Of a stretch of DNA of 6,988 nucleotides, positions 5,779 through 6,988 are shown one piece after another. The stretch comes from Escherichia coli (GTDB taxonomy: Bacteria; Pseudomonadota; Gammaproteobacteria; Enterobacterales; Enterobacteriaceae): the NCBI RefSeq assembly GCF_024298765.1, contig NZ_CP101214.1, one strand, 5' to 3'. The notes beneath the pieces were generated by a model that did not search any database, had not been told where the DNA came from, and worked only from the letters and a program-made list of their open reading frames with translations. Numbering within the stretch: the stretch's first letter is position 1; each line of letters opens with the position of its first letter. A program made the position numbers and the translations under genes.

Positions 5779-6988
5779 GTTTCATGCCAGGGGAAAAGGC
5801 GGTGGCAGTGGTCCGGTTGATTACCTGCTGGGCCGGGAGCGTAACCGGGAAGGGGCGAGAGTTCTGCGGGGTGCTCCCGAAGAGGTGCGGGAACTCATCG
5901 ATGCCACGCCGTTTGCGAAAAAATACACCTCGGGGGTTCTGTCTTTTGCAGAGCAGACCCTGCCACCGGGAGAGCGTGAAAGGGTGATGGAGAGCTTTGA
6001 GCGGGTACTGATGCCCGGTCTTGAAAAAAATCAGTACAGCATCCTGTGGGTGGAGCACCAGGACAAGGGGCGTCTTGAGCTGAATTTTGTCATCCCGAAT
6101 ATGGAGCTGGCGAGCGGAAAACGGCTCCAGCCCTATTACGACCGAGCAGACCGTCCGCGAATCAATGCCTGGCAGACACTGGTGAATCACCATTACGGGC
6201 TGCACGACCCGAACGCACCGGAGAACAGGCGGACACTTGTCACCCCGAATAATCTGCCGAAAGCGAAACAGGAGGCCGCAGAAGCGATTACGAGGGGACT
6301 GGAGGCTCTTTACCATGCCGGAGCACTAAAAACGCGTCAGGATGTCACTGAGGCGCTTACAGCGGCAGGTTTTGAGGTTGTGAGGACAACCAGGAGCAGT
6401 ATCAGTATCGCCGACCCGGAGGGTGGGCGTAATCTCAGGCTGAAAGGGGCGCTGTATGAGCAATCTTTTACAAATGGGGACAGACTTCGAGAAGAAACTG
6501 AAAGAGCGTGCCGTCTCTACAGAGAACATGCTGAACAGCGAGTTCAGGAAGCTCGAAGCGTCTGTAGACAGGGAACTGAACTTAAACGGGCAGAAAATCA
6601 GAGACGCTATCAGCGCACACACAGCAGCGGTGAAAGAACAACTGGAGACGCTGAACAGTGCCGTGAACGCGCAGTTCAGCGCCACAGAGAACGAACTGGC
6701 CCGGCGGCAGGAAGAGCTGCTCTGGAAGCTGGTCAAAGGGCGGATACTGTACCCGTCGCTGACGGCGCTTTGCGTCACGGGCGGGATTTTTCTGGCGTCA
6801 TGGGGGCTGATTCAGTGGCAGGAAAGCCGGATTGCGGCGAACATCCTGGCTATCAGGGACCAGGAAGAGACGCTGGCGAAACTCCGGGAAAAAACATGGG
6901 GTGTGACGTATCACGAGGGCAGGAACGGGAAATTTCTGGTGTTGCCGTCCGGGGTGAAGGGGGAAAACAACTGGACGGTGGAGAAGAA
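5768..6988 (+). CDS. mbeA: MbeA/MobA-family relaxase, 5' portion (ORF runs off the window end)
   Basis: ATG at 5768 overlapping the end of mbeC. N-terminus MIVKFHARGKGGGSGPVDYLLGRERNREGARVLRGAPEEV is typical of ColE1-family (MOB HEN-type) relaxases. No stop in frame through 6988 (407 codons), so it is absent from the ORF track. Confidence 0.9.
   Translation, partial: MIVKFHARGKGGGSGPVDYLLGRERNREGARVLRGAPEEVRELIDATPFAKKYTSGVLSFAEQTLPPGERERVMESFERVLMPGLEKNQYSILWVEHQDKGRLELNFVIPNMELASGKRLQPYYDRADRPRINAWQTLVNHHYGLHDPNAPENRRTLVTPNNLPKAKQEAAEAITRGLEALYHAGALKTRQDVTEALTAAGFEVVRTTRSSISIADPEGGRNLRLKGALYEQSFTNGDRLREETERACRLYREHAEQRVQEARSVCRQGTELKRAENQRRYQRTHSSGERTTGDAEQCRERAVQRHRERTGPAAGRAALEAGQRADTVPVADGALRHGRDFSGVMGADSVAGKPDCGEHPGYQGPGRDAGETPGKNMGCDVSRGQEREISGVAVRGEGGKQLDGGEE
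6456..6988 (+). CDS. mbeB: MbeB/MobB-family mobilisation protein, nested in an alternate frame within mbeA (3' end beyond the window edge)
   Basis: ATG at 6456 (alternative in-frame ATG at 6474). MSNLLQMGTDFEKKLKERAVSTENMLNSEFRKLEASVDRELNLNGQKIRDAI..., with a predicted TM segment (ILYPSLTALCVTGGIFLASWGLI). Open to the window end. If the replicon is circular the frame would stop at window positions 26-28, just before mbeD. Confidence 0.65.
   Translation, partial: MSNLLQMGTDFEKKLKERAVSTENMLNSEFRKLEASVDRELNLNGQKIRDAISAHTAAVKEQLETLNSAVNAQFSATENELARRQEELLWKLVKGRILYPSLTALCVTGGIFLASWGLIQWQESRIAANILAIRDQEETLAKLREKTWGVTYHEGRNGKFLVLPSGVKGENNWTVEK

Noticed and set aside
5471-6778. Long minus-strand ORFs 5471-6316 (281 aa) and 6326-6778 (150 aa), and plus-strand ORF 5784-5987
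   Set aside because: Antisense or alternate-frame shadows of the mbeC/mbeA coding region, which has high GC and few stops in several frames; the translations are Arg/Pro/Cys-rich with no recognisable domain, and the well-supported relaxase ORF occupies the locus.
1-6988. Insertion sequence or transposon, CRISPR array, tRNA or rRNA
   Set aside because: No transposase-like ORF, terminal inverted repeats, direct-repeat/spacer arrays or tRNA-like cloverleaf candidates were seen; the only repeats are short regulatory palindromes and low-complexity codon runs.

Overview
This window reads as a ColE1-type mobilisable colicin plasmid, most likely a colicin K plasmid, and possibly a complete circular replicon linearised inside the relaxase gene. 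All identifications are from reading the sequence and recalling known families; no database search was run. In order: the 3' end of the relaxase gene mbeA with nested mbeD (1-378); a cer-like Xer dimer-resolution site (about 600-748); three small uncharacterised genes (lipoprotein 752-1174 minus, Sec-secreted coiled-coil protein 1296-1574 plus, HTH-like basic protein 1566-1856 minus); an SOS-regulated colicin operon with promoter and tandem LexA boxes (1989-2054), a 548-aa pore-forming colicin (2096-3742), a convergent 96-aa immunity gene (3739-4029 minus) and a lysis lipoprotein gene (4059-4190); a ColE1-type replication origin with RNA II primer, antisense RNA I and their promoters (4200-4810); bom/oriT (about 5040-5110); rom (5196-5387 minus); and mbeC plus the 5' part of mbeA with nested mbeB (5431-6988). 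The least explained part, and the best candidate for something new, is the three-gene block between cer and the colicin promoter. No tRNA, rRNA, CRISPR array or IS element is visible.
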